The notes beneath the pieces were generated by a model, which searched no databases, was not told the DNA's origin, and was given only the letters and a program-made list of their open reading frames with translations. The translations under genes were made by a program, and so were the position numbers. A DNA stretch of 64,000 bases from Candidatus Eiseniibacteriota bacterium (lineage in GTDB: Bacteria > Eisenbacteria > RBG-16-71-46). Below, in pieces: positions 1-9,968 of the stretch (positions are counted from its first letter, which is position 1; every line of letters begins with the position of its first letter). The stretch is taken from assembly GCA_963717505.1 (NCBI GenBank), contig OY970342.1:3072001-3136000 (forward strand). Reading direction: 5' to 3'.

Positions 1-2101
1 GATCCTCGCGTTCACCTTCACCAACCGCGCGGCGCGCGAGATGCGCGAGCGGATCGCGACCCTGGTCGGAGAAGCCTCGAAGGAACTCTGGGTCGGGACC
101 TTCCATGCGACCGCAGTTCGGATTCTCCGGCGCGAGGCGATCGCGGCCGGCATCTCGCCGGCGTTCGCGATCTACGACCGCGAGGACCAGGAGGGTCTGA
201 TCCGCGAGATCTCGCGCGAACTGGCCTGGCCCGAGGGCAGCTGGCGCATGGGTGCGGTGCTCGGCGCCATCTCCGACGCCAAGAACTCGCTGGTCGACCC
301 GGAGACGTTCACCCGCCTGGCGCAGACGCCGGCCGATCGCAACATCGCCCAGGCCTACGAGCGCTACCAGGCGGCACTAGCCCGTTCCGGGGCGCTCGAC
401 TTCGACGATCTGATCGTGAAAGTGGTGATGCTGTTCCAGCACAAGCCCGAGGTCGGCGAGCGATGGCGCTCGCGCTTCCACCACGTGCTGGTCGACGAGT
501 ACCAGGACACCAACCACGCGCAGTTCCGGTTGGTCGAATCGCTGGTTGGCGGCGACGGCCACGTGTTCGTGGTCGGCGACGACGATCAGTCGATCTATGG
601 CTGGCGAGGGGCCGACCTGTCGAACGTGCTCGACTTCGAGCAGACCTTCCCGGGTGCGGGCGTGGTGCGTCTGGAGCAGAACTATCGTTCGACGCCCAAC
701 ATCCTGGAAGCGGCGAACGCGGTGATCTCGAACAACCGCTCGCGCAAGGGCAAGACGCTGTGGAGCGACCGGCCGCGCGGTGTGCCGCTCCGCTTCGTGC
801 TCGCCGGCGACGAGGTCGAAGAAGCCAAGCGGGTGCGCGCGTTCGTTCAGTCGCAAACCGGGCGCGGCCGGCGGTTGCGCGACGTTGCCGTGCTCTACCG
901 CACCAACGCCCAGTCGCGGGCGATCGAGACCGAGCTGCGCCAGGCACGCATTCCCTATGAAGTGGTCGGTGGAGTGGCGTTTTATCAACGCCGTGAAGTC
1001 AAAGACGTCCTCGCCTACCTGCGCGTCGCCGTTCAGCCGGCGGACGCCGTCTCGTTCTGGCGTATCTGGAACACGCCGCGTCGCGGGTTGGGCGCGGTGC
1101 TGCGTGCCGCGGTCGAACGGCGCATGACCGAGACCGCGTCGACCCCGGCGGCGGCACTGGCCGCACTGGTGGCCGAGGGAGCGATTTCGACTTCGGCCGC
1201 GCGCGCCGGAGCGATGGCGCTGCTCGCGTTGCTCGAAGAGATCGGCGCCGATCCCGAGCGCGGTGCTGACCAGGCACTGGCCATGGTGCTCGAACGCACC
1301 GGCTATCTGGCGATGCTGGATGGTGAGGACGATGCGGCGGATCGGCGTGCCAACCTCGAGGAACTGTTGGTCGCGGCGGCGGCGGCCGCAGGTGAGGGGC
1401 ACGGCTCGCTGGTCGAGTTCCTGGGCGAGGCCGCACTGGTCACCGACATGGATCGCGCGGGGGAACACGGCGACCGGCTGCTGTTGCTCACCGGGCACAA
1501 CGCCAAAGGGCTCGAGTTCGCCGCGGTGGCGGTGACCGGCCTCGAAGAAGGACTGTTTCCCCACGCGTCGTCGCTGGAAGACCGAGACGAGCTGGAGGAG
1601 GAGCGGCGCCTCTTCTATGTCGCGCTGACCCGCGCGCAGGACGAAGTGCTGCTGACCGCGGCCGCCTGGCGGCGGCGCTTCGACGGCAACCAGGGCGGGG
1701 CGGTGTCGCGCTTCGTCGACGAGATCCCGGCCGCATTGCTCGAACGCGAGCGCTCGGTGTCGGCGCGCTGGTCGCGCGGCGGCGAGGGGTTCGGCGCTCA
1801 GCGTCCGCGGCGCTGGGATCTGGGGCCGAACGCGCGCGAGAACGAACCGGCGCTCGATCTCGACGAGCCGGTGATCACCGGTGCCGTCGAAGCGTCGGAC
1901 AGTATCGCGATCGGCACTCCGCTGCGCACCCCGCGCGCGGGTGCGGCCGCCGGCCGGGCGGTTCGCCACCCGCAGTTCGGGTATGGTGTCGTGCTCTCGG
2001 CCGAGGACGCGGACGGCGACCTCAAGTACACGGTGCGCTTCGGCACGCGGATCAAGAAGGTGCTCGGGCGATTCCTGGAGGAGATCACGAGTGAAACGTG
2101 A
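1..2101 (+). CDS. pcrA: ATP-dependent DNA helicase PcrA/UvrD (5' end outside window)
   Basis: Frame open from base 2 (ILAFTFTNRAAREM); motifs GTFH, VDEYQDTN, VGDDDQSIYGWRGA, LEQNYRS, AKGLEF, EERRLFYVALTRA; C-terminal Tudor-like VRHPQFGYG. Confidence 0.95.
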   Translation, partial: ILAFTFTNRAAREMRERIATLVGEASKELWVGTFHATAVRILRREAIAAGISPAFAIYDREDQEGLIREISRELAWPEGSWRMGAVLGAISDAKNSLVDPETFTRLAQTPADRNIAQAYERYQAALARSGALDFDDLIVKVVMLFQHKPEVGERWRSRFHHVLVDEYQDTNHAQFRLVESLVGGDGHVFVVGDDDQSIYGWRGADLSNVLDFEQTFPGAGVVRLEQNYRSTPNILEAANAVISNNRSRKGKTLWSDRPRGVPLRFVLAGDEVEEAKRVRAFVQSQTGRGRRLRDVAVLYRTNAQSRAIETELRQARIPYEVVGGVAFYQRREVKDVLAYLRVAVQPADAVSFWRIWNTPRRGLGAVLRAAVERRMTETASTPAAALAALVAEGAISTSAARAGAMALLALLEEIGADPERGADQALAMVLERTGYLAMLDGEDDAADRRANLEELLVAAAAAAGEGHGSLVEFLGEAALVTDMDRAGEHGDRLLLLTGHNAKGLEFAAVAVTGLEEGLFPHASSLEDRDELEEERRLFYVALTRAQDEVLLTAAAWRRRFDGNQGGAVSRFVDEIPAALLERERSVSARWSRGGEGFGAQRPRRWDLGPNARENEPALDLDEPVITGAVEASDSIAIGTPLRTPRAGAAAGRAVRHPQFGYGVVLSAEDADGDLKYTVRFGTRIKKVLGRFLEEITSET

Positions 2102-2387
2102 GGACGTGCTCAAGGTGGCGGCACTCGCCCGACTCGAGATTCCGGAGGCTCGGCTCGAGCGCATGACCCACGAGCTGTCGGCGGTGCTGGACTTTGCCGC
2201 CGCACTCGATCGCCTCGACCTGATCGGCTGCGAGCCCACCGTGTTCGCGCCGACCGACGCGCCGCTGCGCGCCGACCTCGTCGATGACGTCCGTCGCCTG
2301 CCAACCGAACTCGCGTTGGCGGCGGCACCCGAGACCGAGGACGGCTTCTTCCTGGTGCCGCCGATCGTCGAGAACGTGAACCCATGA
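2091..2387 (+). CDS. gatC: Asp/Glu-tRNA amidotransferase subunit C
   Basis: GTG 2091 after GGAGGAG; VAALARLEI...LRAD...APETEDGFFLVP; directly before gatA. Confidence 0.92.
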   Translation: MKREDVLKVAALARLEIPEARLERMTHELSAVLDFAAALDRLDLIGCEPTVFAPTDAPLRADLVDDVRRLPTELALAAAPETEDGFFLVPPIVENVNP

Positions 2388-2397
2388 GACGCACTGC

Positions 2398-3879
2398 ATG
2401 AAGACAGGAGACGCGATCGAGTTGTGGCGCCTGTCGGCGCGCGCGCTGGCCGGGCGCGTGGCGGCCGGCACCGAAGTCGCCGCCGCGGTCGAATCCGGCT
2501 GGGCCGGGCCCGCGGCCGCGTTCGAGGCGCGGGTCCACGCGGTCGCGCATGCCGACGGTCCGGCGCGTGCGGCGGGAGCGGCGGCGTCACGCTCGGGTCC
2601 GCTGCGCGGCGTGCCGATCGTGGTCAAGGACAACCTGTGCACCACCGACTTTCTGACCACCTGCGGCTCCCGGATCCTGGCCGGCTATCGACCGCCCTAT
2701 GACGCGACCGTGATTCGCAAGTTGCGCGAGGCGGGTGCGGTGATCACCGGCAAGACCAACATGGACGAGTTCGCGATGGGCTCGTCGACCGAACACAGCT
2801 GCTACGGCCCGACCCGCAATCCCTTCGACCTGGAGCGCGTGCCGGGCGGCTCGAGCGGCGGTTCGGCCGCGGCGGTCGCCTACGGACTGACGCCGATCGC
2901 CCTCGGCTCGGACACCGGCGGCTCGGTGCGCCAGCCGGCGGCGTTCTGCGGCGTGTTCGGCTTGAAGCCGACCTACGGCCGGCTGTCGCGCTACGGGCTG
3001 GTGGCGTTCGGCTCCTCGCTCGACCAGGTCGGCATCTTCGCGCGTCACGCGGGGGACATCGCCGAAACCTACGCGGTGCTCGCCGGGCACGATCCCAACG
3101 ACGCCACCACCCGCCGCACGCCGGCGCCCGATGTGTCGAAATGGGATTCGGGGGTGAAAGGCCTCCGCTTCGGCTGGCCCGCGAATCTCTGGGCGGAAGG
3201 TGTCGAGCCCGAAGTCATCGCCGGACTCGAAGAGGCCGCGTCGTGGCTCGAGCGCGCGGGGGCGACACGCGTGCCGATGGAGTTCATGCCCGGCGAATAC
3301 GGGGTTGCGACCTACTACCTGGTGGCGACCGCCGAGGCCAGCTCGAACCTGGCGCGCTTCGACGGTGTGCGCTACGGGCCGAGGCCTCAGGCGGACGACG
3401 TGCTGTCGCTCTACACGCGCGCACGCAGCGAAGGTTTCGGTCCCGAAGTCCAGCGCCGCATCCTGCTCGGCACGTTCGCCCTGTCGTCGGGCTACTACGA
3501 CGCCTACTACCTCAAAGCGCAGCGGGCGCGGACCCGCATCCGCCGCGAGTACGCCGACGCGTTCGGCCGCTGCGACTTCCTGCTGATGCCGGTGGCGCCG
3601 ACGCTGGCATTCAAGATCGGCGAGAAGACCGAAGATCCGCTCGCCATGTACCTGAGCGACATCTTCACCATCGGCGCCAACCTCGCCGGGATTCCCGGGC
3701 TGACCGTGCCGGTGACGCCGGCGCGAAATCGGCTGCCGCGCGCGGTTCAGCTGCTCGGGCCCGAGGATTCCGAGCCGGTGTTGCTGCGCGCCGGCCGCGC
3801 GATCGAAGTGCGCGGCGAGGCCACGAACATGAGACGCGACCACGAGACGGAGTTCGCATGGCCTACGAAGCCGTCCTAG
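2398..3879 (+). CDS. gatA: Asp/Glu-tRNA amidotransferase subunit A
   Basis: Amidase signature KDN, GKTNMDEFAMGSS, GGSSGGSAAA, GSDTGGSVRQPA; LSSGYYDAYY. Confidence 0.97.
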   Translation: MKTGDAIELWRLSARALAGRVAAGTEVAAAVESGWAGPAAAFEARVHAVAHADGPARAAGAAASRSGPLRGVPIVVKDNLCTTDFLTTCGSRILAGYRPPYDATVIRKLREAGAVITGKTNMDEFAMGSSTEHSCYGPTRNPFDLERVPGGSSGGSAAAVAYGLTPIALGSDTGGSVRQPAAFCGVFGLKPTYGRLSRYGLVAFGSSLDQVGIFARHAGDIAETYAVLAGHDPNDATTRRTPAPDVSKWDSGVKGLRFGWPANLWAEGVEPEVIAGLEEAASWLERAGATRVPMEFMPGEYGVATYYLVATAEASSNLARFDGVRYGPRPQADDVLSLYTRARSEGFGPEVQRRILLGTFALSSGYYDAYYLKAQRARTRIRREYADAFGRCDFLLMPVAPTLAFKIGEKTEDPLAMYLSDIFTIGANLAGIPGLTVPVTPARNRLPRAVQLLGPEDSEPVLLRAGRAIEVRGEATNMRRDHETEFAWPTKPS

Positions 3880-5306
3880 GGCTCGAGTGCCACATCCAGG
3901 TCCGGACCGCGAGCAAGATGTTCTGCGGCTGTCCGGCCGAGTTCGGCGCGGCGCCCAACAGCAACGTCTGTCCGGTTTGCCTCGGGTTGCCGGGCGCCTT
4001 GCCGGTCACCAACCGTGCCGCGATCGACGCAGCCCTCCGGCTCGGTCTGGCACTCGGCTGCGCGATTCGTCCAGTCAGCGTGTTCGCGCGCAAGAACTAC
4101 TTCTATCCGGACATGCCGAAGAACTACCAGATCTCGCAGTACGAGCAGCCCTTGTGCGAGGGCGGTGCCGTGCCGGTCCAGGTCGGGGACGTGGCGCGCG
4201 AGTTCGCGCTGACCCGGATTCACGTCGAGGAGGACACCGGCAAGTCGTTCCACCCGGAGCGTCACGGGGATCGGCGAGTGTCGCGTGTCGACTTCAACCG
4301 CGCCGGCGTGCCCCTGCTCGAGCTGGTGACCGAGCCGGTGTTCCACGACGCGGTCGAGTGCGGATCGTTCTTGAACGAGCTGCGCCGATTGGTGCGCTGG
4401 CTCGGGATTTCCGACGGCGACATGGAGAAGGGCCACCTGCGTTGCGACGCCAACGTCAGCCTGCGTCCGGCGGGTGAAACGAAGCTCGGCACCAAGACCG
4501 AGATCAAGAACCTGAACTCGATCAAAGGGGTCGAGAAGGGGATCGCCGCCGAGATCGCACGCCAGCGAGAGGTACTCGAGTCCGGCGGCCGGATCGAGCA
4601 GGCGACGCTGCTCTACGACGCCGATCACGACAAGCTGGCGGTCATGCGCTCGAAGGAGCACGCGCACGACTACCGTTACTTTCCCGAGCCCGACCTGCCG
4701 CCGCTCGCGGTCGACCCGGCCTGGCTCGACGACGCGCGCGCCCGGCTGCCCGAGCTGCCGTGGGCGATGCAGCAGCGGTTCGAATCGGCATTCGGTCTGC
4801 CCGGCTACGATGCCGGCGTGCTGACTCAGTCGCGCGAGGTGGCCGAATACTTCGAGACGGTGGCGCGCGTGATCCCCGCCAAGACTTCGAGCAACTGGGT
4901 GATGAACGAAGTGCTGGCGTACGCAAAATCGAGGAGCTTCGACGAAGTCCGCCGGCGGGTGCCCGCGCCGGTGCTGGTCACCATGCTCCAGCAACTCGGG
5001 GCCGGTTCGGTGACTGCGGCTACCGTCAAGGAAGCGATCGCGGCGGCGGCCAACGATGGCGCCGATCCGATCGGCTACCTCGATCAGCGGCAGGTGCTGG
5101 GCGGCGCCGACGATCTCCTGCCGCTGGTGCGTGCCGCACTCGACGAGAATCCGGGGCCGGTCCAGCAGTACTTGGGTGGCAAGGCGGCGACGCTCGGATT
5201 CCTGGTGGGCCAGGTGATGAAGAAGTCGGGCGGACGCGCCGCACCGGCCGTGGTTCAGCAGCTGATCAAGGACGAGCTGGCCTCGCGCGCCGGAGCCGGC
5301 TCGTGA
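3858..5306 (+). CDS. gatB: Asp/Glu-tRNA amidotransferase subunit B
   Basis: ATG 3858; GLECHIQ, PVCLGLPGALP, RKNYFYPD, DFNRAGVPLLE, DYRYFPEPDLP. Confidence 0.97.
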   Translation: MAYEAVLGLECHIQVRTASKMFCGCPAEFGAAPNSNVCPVCLGLPGALPVTNRAAIDAALRLGLALGCAIRPVSVFARKNYFYPDMPKNYQISQYEQPLCEGGAVPVQVGDVAREFALTRIHVEEDTGKSFHPERHGDRRVSRVDFNRAGVPLLELVTEPVFHDAVECGSFLNELRRLVRWLGISDGDMEKGHLRCDANVSLRPAGETKLGTKTEIKNLNSIKGVEKGIAAEIARQREVLESGGRIEQATLLYDADHDKLAVMRSKEHAHDYRYFPEPDLPPLAVDPAWLDDARARLPELPWAMQQRFESAFGLPGYDAGVLTQSREVAEYFETVARVIPAKTSSNWVMNEVLAYAKSRSFDEVRRRVPAPVLVTMLQQLGAGSVTAATVKEAIAAAANDGADPIGYLDQRQVLGGADDLLPLVRAALDENPGPVQQYLGGKAATLGFLVGQVMKKSGGRAAPAVVQQLIKDELASRAGAGS

Positions 5307-6601
5307 CCCGCGTGCTGATCGTCGGCGCCGGAGGTCGCGAGCACGCGCTCGCCTGGCGGCTGAGTCGCGATCGCGGGGTCGAGATCCACGCGGCACCCGG
5401 CAACGACGGCATCGCGACGATCGGCCGCTGCCACGCGGTGGCGGAGTCGGACCTCGACGGCCTCGGACGCTTGTGCCGCCAGGAGCGCATCAGTCTGGCC
5501 GTGATCGGGCCCGAGGCCCCGCTCGCTGCCGGGCTCGCCGATCACCTGCGCGCGGCGGGCATCACGGTGTTCGGTCCCACCGCCGAAGCCGCGCGCCTGG
5601 AGTCGAGCAAGTGGCACGCGAAGCAGGTGATGGCGGCGGCCGGAGTGCCGACTGCGCGCGCGATCGTGTGCAGCACGCGCACCGAAGTCGAGGCCGCGCT
5701 GGATCAGCTGGGAAGCCCGCACGTGCTCAAGGCCGACGGGCTCGCGGCCGGCAAGGGTGTGCGGGTCACTTCCGAGCGCGCGGACGCGCTCGAGTTCGCG
5801 CGTGAAGCCCTCGAGGGGAATCGATTCGGTGCGGCCGGCTCGAGACTGGTGATCGAGGAGCATCTGGCGGGCGAGGAGGCGTCGGTCATGGCGGTGTGCG
5901 ACGGCGTGCGCTTCGTACTGCTGCCGGCGGCGCGCGACTACAAGCGCGCTCGAGACGCCGACCAGGGCCCCAACACCGGCGGCATGGGCGCTTACGCTCC
6001 GTTGGCGGCTGTCGACGCGGCACTCGAGTCTGAGATCGGCGAGACCGTGGTCGGGCCGGTGTTGCGCCAAATGGCGCGACTCGGAGCGCCCTACCGAGGC
6101 CTTCTCTATTGCGGGCTCATGCTGACCGAGAACGGAATCCGCGTGCTCGAGTTCAACTGTCGCTTCGGCGACCCCGAGACCCAGGTGGTAGTACCGCTGG
6201 TCGAAGGCTCGTTCGCCGGCCTGCTCGACGACGCGGCGAGCGGCGGGATGACGTCGCCGCGCATCGCGCGCAGCTCGCGCGTGGCGGTCGCAGTCGCGCT
6301 GGTCGACCAGGGCTATCCCGACGAGGTTCGCGGCGGCGGGGTCATCGAAGGGCTCGACGCGGTGGCGGCGACCCCGGGGCTCCACGTGTTCGTTGCGGGT
6401 GCAGGCCGGGAGGGCGCAATCTGGAAGGTGCGCGGCGGGCGTGCCGCCTACGTCGTCGCCGAGGGCGAAACCGTCGAGGCGGCGCGCGAACACGCCTACG
6501 GTGCGGTCGCGCGGCTCGGCGGATCGGGGTGGCGCTGTCGGCGCGACATCGCGGCGGGAGCCGCGCGCGCGCCACGCGCGCGATCGGCGGGAGGGGTGTG
6601 A
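5303..6601 (+). CDS. purD: Phosphoribosylamine-glycine ligase
   Basis: GTG overlapping gatB stop; GGREHALAW, GPEAPL, KADGLAAGKGV, GPNTGGMGAY, EFNCRFGDPETQ. Confidence 0.96.
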   Translation: MTRVLIVGAGGREHALAWRLSRDRGVEIHAAPGNDGIATIGRCHAVAESDLDGLGRLCRQERISLAVIGPEAPLAAGLADHLRAAGITVFGPTAEAARLESSKWHAKQVMAAAGVPTARAIVCSTRTEVEAALDQLGSPHVLKADGLAAGKGVRVTSERADALEFAREALEGNRFGAAGSRLVIEEHLAGEEASVMAVCDGVRFVLLPAARDYKRARDADQGPNTGGMGAYAPLAAVDAALESEIGETVVGPVLRQMARLGAPYRGLLYCGLMLTENGIRVLEFNCRFGDPETQVVVPLVEGSFAGLLDDAASGGMTSPRIARSSRVAVAVALVDQGYPDEVRGGGVIEGLDAVAATPGLHVFVAGAGREGAIWKVRGGRAAYVVAEGETVEAAREHAYGAVARLGGSGWRCRRDIAAGAARAPRARSAGGV

Positions 6602-6612
6602 ATGGAGGAAGC

Positions 6613-7128
6613 ATGGCGTCGGTGAAGTCGAAGTCCAGGTCGAAACGCGCGGAGGACGGCACCTCGGGCCGGGCACAGGTCGGCATCGTGATGGGCAGCG
6701 AATCGGATCGCCCGATCATGGAAGAGGCGGCCAAGGTTCTCGCCGAGTTCGGGATCGAAGCCGAGATCGTGGTGCGCTCCGCCCACCGGACCCCCGAAGC
6801 CGCGGCGTCCTGGGCGCGCGAGGCATCGAGTCGCGGTCTCAGGGTTCTGATCGCCGGCGCCGGGGGTGCAGCGCATCTGGCCGGCGCCATCGCCGCCCAC
6901 AGCGGCCTGCCGGTGCTCGGGGTCCCGCTCGCCAGCTCGCCCCTCGGGGGCTTCGATGCGCTGCTTTCGACCGTCCAGATGCCGCCCGGAGTCCCGGTCG
7001 GGACGCTCGGGGTCGGTAGCTGGGGGGCGCGCAATGCCGCGCATCTCGCGGTGCGCATCCTGGCGCTTTCGGACTCGGGCGTTGCACGGCGCCTCGAACA
7101 GCATCGAGCGCGGCTCGCGGGGCGTTGA
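6613..7128 (+). CDS. purE: N5-CAIR mutase PurE
   Basis: ATG 6613 after GGAGGA; MGSESD, SAHRTP, AGGAAHL, STVQMPPGVPV. Confidence 0.96.
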   Translation: MASVKSKSRSKRAEDGTSGRAQVGIVMGSESDRPIMEEAAKVLAEFGIEAEIVVRSAHRTPEAAASWAREASSRGLRVLIAGAGGAAHLAGAIAAHSGLPVLGVPLASSPLGGFDALLSTVQMPPGVPVGTLGVGSWGARNAAHLAVRILALSDSGVARRLEQHRARLAGR

Positions 7129-7129
7129 C

Positions 7130-7795
7130 GTGGAGATCGTGCACTACGACGCGACCCAGCCCGAGCCCCGAGTCCTGATGGCGGCGGCCGAGGCGGTGTT
7201 GCGCGGTGGCGTGATCGCGTTTCCGACCGACACGCTCTACGGACTCGGCTGTTCGTTGTTCGACGTCGAGGCCGTGCACTTGGTGGCGCGGCTCAAGCGG
7301 CGCGATCCGCGGCTCGCGGTCATCTCGCTGATCTCGGATCCGCGCATGGTGTTCGGGCTGGCTTCGGAAGTGACGCCGGTGGCCGAACGCCTGATGGCGC
7401 GATTCTGGCCGGGGCCGCTGTCGCTCATCTTCAAGTCGGCGCGGATCGTGCCCCCCGAGGTGCGCGGCGAGGGCGGGACGATCGCGCTCCGCTGTCCCGA
7501 CGATGACCTGTGCCGCCGCCTGCTCGCCTTCATCGGTGGCCCGGTGGTCTCGAGCAGCGCGAACCTGTCGGGTCAGAAGACGGCGGAAACCGCCGAGGAG
7601 GTGGTCGCGATCTTCGGCAACCAGCTCGATCTGATCCTGGACGGCGGCCCGCGGCGCGGGGGCGTGGCGTCGACGTTGGTCGACATCACCCACGAGCGCC
7701 CGCGTCTGCTGCGGCGCGGCGCGATCGATGTCTCGCGCGAGCTGGGCTCGTTCGACGACGAGACCGGCGCCCGCAAACCCGCCGCCCAGGGGTGA
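7130..7795 (+). CDS. tsaC: L-threonylcarbamoyladenylate synthase (YrdC/Sua5)
   Basis: FPTDTLYGLGC, LKRR, FWPGPLSL, SSANLSG, ASTLVD. Confidence 0.93.
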   Translation: MEIVHYDATQPEPRVLMAAAEAVLRGGVIAFPTDTLYGLGCSLFDVEAVHLVARLKRRDPRLAVISLISDPRMVFGLASEVTPVAERLMARFWPGPLSLIFKSARIVPPEVRGEGGTIALRCPDDDLCRRLLAFIGGPVVSSSANLSGQKTAETAEEVVAIFGNQLDLILDGGPRRGGVASTLVDITHERPRLLRRGAIDVSRELGSFDDETGARKPAAQG

Positions 7796-9342
7796 AGCGC
7801 TCGGTTCGCGGCGGGACCACGGCCGCGCCTGCCGGACCGGTTGCGCGGGGAGTGCGGGCCCTGCTGCTGGGATTGCCGAGTGCCGCCTCGCTGCTCTTCG
7901 TTGCGGCCTACGTCGGCGTGGCCCTGGCGCGCATGACGTATCCGTTCGAGCTGGAATGGATCGAAGCCGGCATGGTCGAGAGCGCCCGGCGCGTCTCGGT
8001 GGGCCAGCCGCTCTACGCCGCTCCCAGCCTCGAATACGTCGCCTTCAACTACACGCCGCTCTATGCGGTGATGAGCGCCCCTCTGGTGTCGTGGTTCGGC
8101 CCGACGTTCTTTCCGCTCCGCCTGCTGTCGTTCGTCGCCTCGCTGGCGGTACTCGCGTTGATCTTCCTGATCGTCGTTCGCGAAACCAGGAGCCGGCTGG
8201 CCGGCGTCGTCGCGGCCGGGCTGTTCGCCGCGTGTTACCGAGCCGGCGGTACCTGGCTCGACATCGCGAGGCCGGACTCGCTCTACCTAGCGCTGCTGCT
8301 CGGGTCGATCGCGGTGCTCGCGTTCGATGCCTCACCCAGGCGCGGTCCGCTGTGCGGCGGGCTGTTGTTGGCCCTGGCCTTTCTGACCAAGCAGTCGGCG
8401 CTGGCCGTGGCGCTGCCGCTGTTCGCCTATTTCGCGATCTGGGATCGAAAACGCCTGCTCGGACTGGCCCTCGGATTCCTCGGCCTCGCGGGCGGGGTCA
8501 CGCTGGCCTGGGATCTGGCCTCCGGCGGCTGGTTCCGCTACTTCGCGTTCGCGGTCGCGAGCCGGCACCAGGTGGATGCCGACCTGATCCCCATATTCTG
8601 GACCCGGGACCTGCTTCCGGCATTGCCGATCGCGGTGGTACTCGCGCTCGCCGGGCTGATCGGCTTGGGTCGAGCCAGCGAACATGCGCATCCCGCGCGG
8701 CGCCGATGGTTCTACGCCGCCACCTTGGCAGGGTTGTTCCTCAGCTCGTGGTGGTTGCGTTGCTTCGACGGCGGCTATCTCAACGTGTTGATGACCGCCC
8801 ATGCCGCGATCGCCATCGCTTTCGGCTTCGGCTGCGCGCGCTGGCTTCAGCCGGGACCGGTACTGCGCGACTTCGGAATCGCCGTTGCGGCGTCGTTGGC
8901 GGTCGTGCTTCAGCTCGCGTGGCTGGCATACGACCCGCGGGCACTGGTGCCGGGCGCCGACGAGGTCAAACGTGGACGCCAGCTGATCCAGATCGTATCG
9001 AGCGTTCCGGGCGACGTGCTGGTGCCGTCGCACGTGGCCCTGGCGCCGCTCGGCGGCAAGCCGCGACACTTTCACGGCATGGCGATGACCGACGTGCTCA
9101 ACGATCCCGGCCCGACCGGGACGCGAATGGCGGAGGAGCTCGAGTCCACCCTGCGCGAGCACCGGTATCCGTTGATCATCCTGAATCGCGGCGATCTGTT
9201 GTTGGACCGCGTGCTGAAGCACTACACGTTGGGAGCCAGGATCACCGGCGACTCGACCGGGTTCTGGATGTCGACCGGGATGCGGACCCGGCCCGAGTAT
9301 CTGGCGGTGCCGAGTCGCGAGACGCCGGGCGGTTCGCGGTGA
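7792..9342 (+). CDS. Polytopic membrane glycosyltransferase (GT-C, ArnT/PMT-like)
   Basis: Many hydrophobic segments; loop LEWIEAG, NYTPLY, ARPDSL, FLTKQ typical of GT-C proteins; family call is inference. Confidence 0.7.
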   Translation: MKRSVRGGTTAAPAGPVARGVRALLLGLPSAASLLFVAAYVGVALARMTYPFELEWIEAGMVESARRVSVGQPLYAAPSLEYVAFNYTPLYAVMSAPLVSWFGPTFFPLRLLSFVASLAVLALIFLIVVRETRSRLAGVVAAGLFAACYRAGGTWLDIARPDSLYLALLLGSIAVLAFDASPRRGPLCGGLLLALAFLTKQSALAVALPLFAYFAIWDRKRLLGLALGFLGLAGGVTLAWDLASGGWFRYFAFAVASRHQVDADLIPIFWTRDLLPALPIAVVLALAGLIGLGRASEHAHPARRRWFYAATLAGLFLSSWWLRCFDGGYLNVLMTAHAAIAIAFGFGCARWLQPGPVLRDFGIAVAASLAVVLQLAWLAYDPRALVPGADEVKRGRQLIQIVSSVPGDVLVPSHVALAPLGGKPRHFHGMAMTDVLNDPGPTGTRMAEELESTLREHRYPLIILNRGDLLLDRVLKHYTLGARITGDSTGFWMSTGMRTRPEYLAVPSRETPGGSR

Positions 9343-9420
9343 CTGGGGACATGCTGCAACGCCGGGAGCGGTCCCCGCGTGCGATCGTGCAGGCTGCATG
9401 CCGCATGGGCGGCGCGAAGG

Positions 9421-9450
9421 TTGACGCCCGCCGGAGGGGGTCCCTATCCT
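9421..9450 (+). promoter_or_regulatory. sigma70-type promoter TTGACG-N18-TATCCT for the phosphatase gene
   Basis: -35 at 9421-9426, -10 at 9445-9450; GTG start 7 nt downstream. Confidence 0.6.
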
Positions 9451-9456
9451 GTTCCA

Positions 9457-9939
9457 GTGGAAGCAAGACTGCGGGTCCTGATGGTCTGCACCGGTAACAC
9501 CTGCCGGAGCCCGATGGCGGCCGCCGCGTTGCGGGCGGCACTCGGCGCCGAGGCCGCCCGCGTCGAGGTGGATTCCGCCGGTACGGCGGCCTGGGAAGGG
9601 CAGCCGGCGACCCGCTCGGCGGTCGAGGTGGCGGCTCGGGCCGGGATCGACCTCGACCAACACCGTTCGCGGCGGGCGACCCCGGACCTGGTGCGCTCGG
9701 CCGACTGGGTGCTGGTGATGGAGCGGGCGCATCTCGCTTCGGTGCGCGCCCTGGGCGCCGAGCCCGATCGCTGTCATGTCCTGAGCGAGTGGCCGGATCC
9801 CGGTGAGCCCGAACTGCCGGTGGTCGACCCCTTCGGCGGTTCGCTCGAAGCTTACGAGGAATGCTGGCGGCGGATCCGGCGTCACGCCGAACGCGCCGCC
9901 GGCCAACTGATCGAGAGCCTGCGCAGTCGTTCGGCCTGA
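9457..9939 (+). CDS. ywlE: Low-molecular-weight protein phosphatase, YwlE-type arginine phosphatase
   Basis: P-loop CTGNTCRS (Thr as in YwlE), DSAGT, DPFGG; tsaC...rpiB-glyA neighbourhood as in Bacillus. Confidence 0.8.
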   Translation: MEARLRVLMVCTGNTCRSPMAAAALRAALGAEAARVEVDSAGTAAWEGQPATRSAVEVAARAGIDLDQHRSRRATPDLVRSADWVLVMERAHLASVRALGAEPDRCHVLSEWPDPGEPELPVVDPFGGSLEAYEECWRRIRRHAERAAGQLIESLRSRSA

Positions 9940-9968
9940 TTTTTCACAGTCCCGCGGAGGTGACCCCA

